Assembly: GCA_030770535.1 (NCBI GenBank)
Contig: JASVEC010000022.1
Location: 248,001-312,000, forward strand
Reading direction: 5' to 3'
From: Batkoa obscura
Lineage: Eukaryota
DNA: 64,000 nucleotides
The notes under the pieces were generated by a model that was given only the letters and a program-made list of their open reading frames with translations, had not been told where the DNA came from and did no database searches. Below, one piece after another: positions 63,250 to 64,000 of this stretch (position 1 is its first letter; the number at the start of each line of letters is the position of its first letter). The translations under genes were made by a program, and so were the position numbers.

Positions 63250-63630
63250 GTTTAACTGAATTTCAATTACACTCAATATCTTTTTGATTCTTTATAAAAA
63301 AAGTGTGTAAAATTATACATACTTATACCAACTTTAAATCTTTGATAACTTTCCATGCTAAAATAAAATTATGTACTGTATAACAGTCTTTTGATGCCCC
63401 ATTTACTATATAACGTTGGAGCTACTATTGATCTTAACAACTACATCTATTTAATGTTGGTAGAATTGAACCCCTTTACATGCTCGCATTTCAGGCATGT
63501 AACAACCATATAAAGAGTCAATGTTTGAATTTTCCTTAAAGTATAAATAGTAACTTTTTATATTCACAATCATCTAAATTCCTCAATTCTCGACCTTTTC
63601 GTTCTTTAAATTAATCGGGTGATTACTTAA
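63250..63630 (-). mobile_element. Possible highly decayed Ty3/gypsy- or Ginger-type integrase fragment
   Basis: Minus-strand translation VVTCLKCEHVK...LRSIVAPTLYSKWGI resembles the CxxC...PxxxWGID junction of retroviral-type integrases; many stops. Confidence 0.35.
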
Positions 63631-64000
63631 CATTTACTAGTTTTAAGTCTTAAATTGCCTATCCTTAAATCTAGAATCATAGACTTATAAAAGCAATAAC
63701 CCGAACTTTGTACAATCATTCAAAATGACGTCATCAGACCCCGAAAAAGTGGCACTCGGTTAATAGATATCTTTCGATGCAACTATAAAGAACACAGGTA
63801 TATAAAGGCATTGAAATCATTGAATCAAGACTAATTTACGTTTTAAATTAAATCATTATTAACCAAAAAAGATGACAAATTTAATGACTTTGTTAAAAAC
63901 TAAAAGGAAATTAGGAAGTCACGGCCCGTTAGTTAGCAACATAGGATTAGGATGCTTTGGACTAACTTTTGGAAAAAACTCCAAGATTGCAGAAAAAGAG

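Overview
AT-rich eukaryotic DNA with short GT-AG introns, from a fungus. The combination of family-A-like GPCR paralogs, a MiaB/CDK5RAP1 gene and a CBM19 chitinase suggests an early-diverging lineage such as Entomophthoromycotina; this is inference only. Host genes: an inverted, near-identical pair of secreted Cys-rich proteins; four 7TM GPCR-like paralogs; an Asteroid/ASTE1-like PIN nuclease pseudogene; a MiaB/CDK5RAP1 methylthiotransferase; a GH18 chitinase; a tandem array of four small 3-exon membrane-anchor plus coiled-coil genes; an aldo-keto reductase and its inverted pseudogene; ARG2-type N-acetylglutamate synthase; TRA1; a 510-codon intronless orphan pseudogene; and a GH47 mannosidase. 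The mobile DNA has three tiers: (i) a Sola-like DDD DNA transposon (22-bp TIR, 4-bp TSD) in one complete, one nested-host and one truncated copy; (ii) 18 copies of a ~98-bp MITE sharing its termini; (iii) six TGTGAAA...TTTCACA solo-LTR-like elements, five of them inside the Sola-like transposons. Two of the latter sit at exactly the same CAGG beside a catalytic Asp codon, in opposite orientations, and one forms a sequence-perfect GT-AG intron. The aligned older transposon segment shows transition-only decay while the duplicated host genes are spared. Coordinates were counted by hand and may be off by a few bases.
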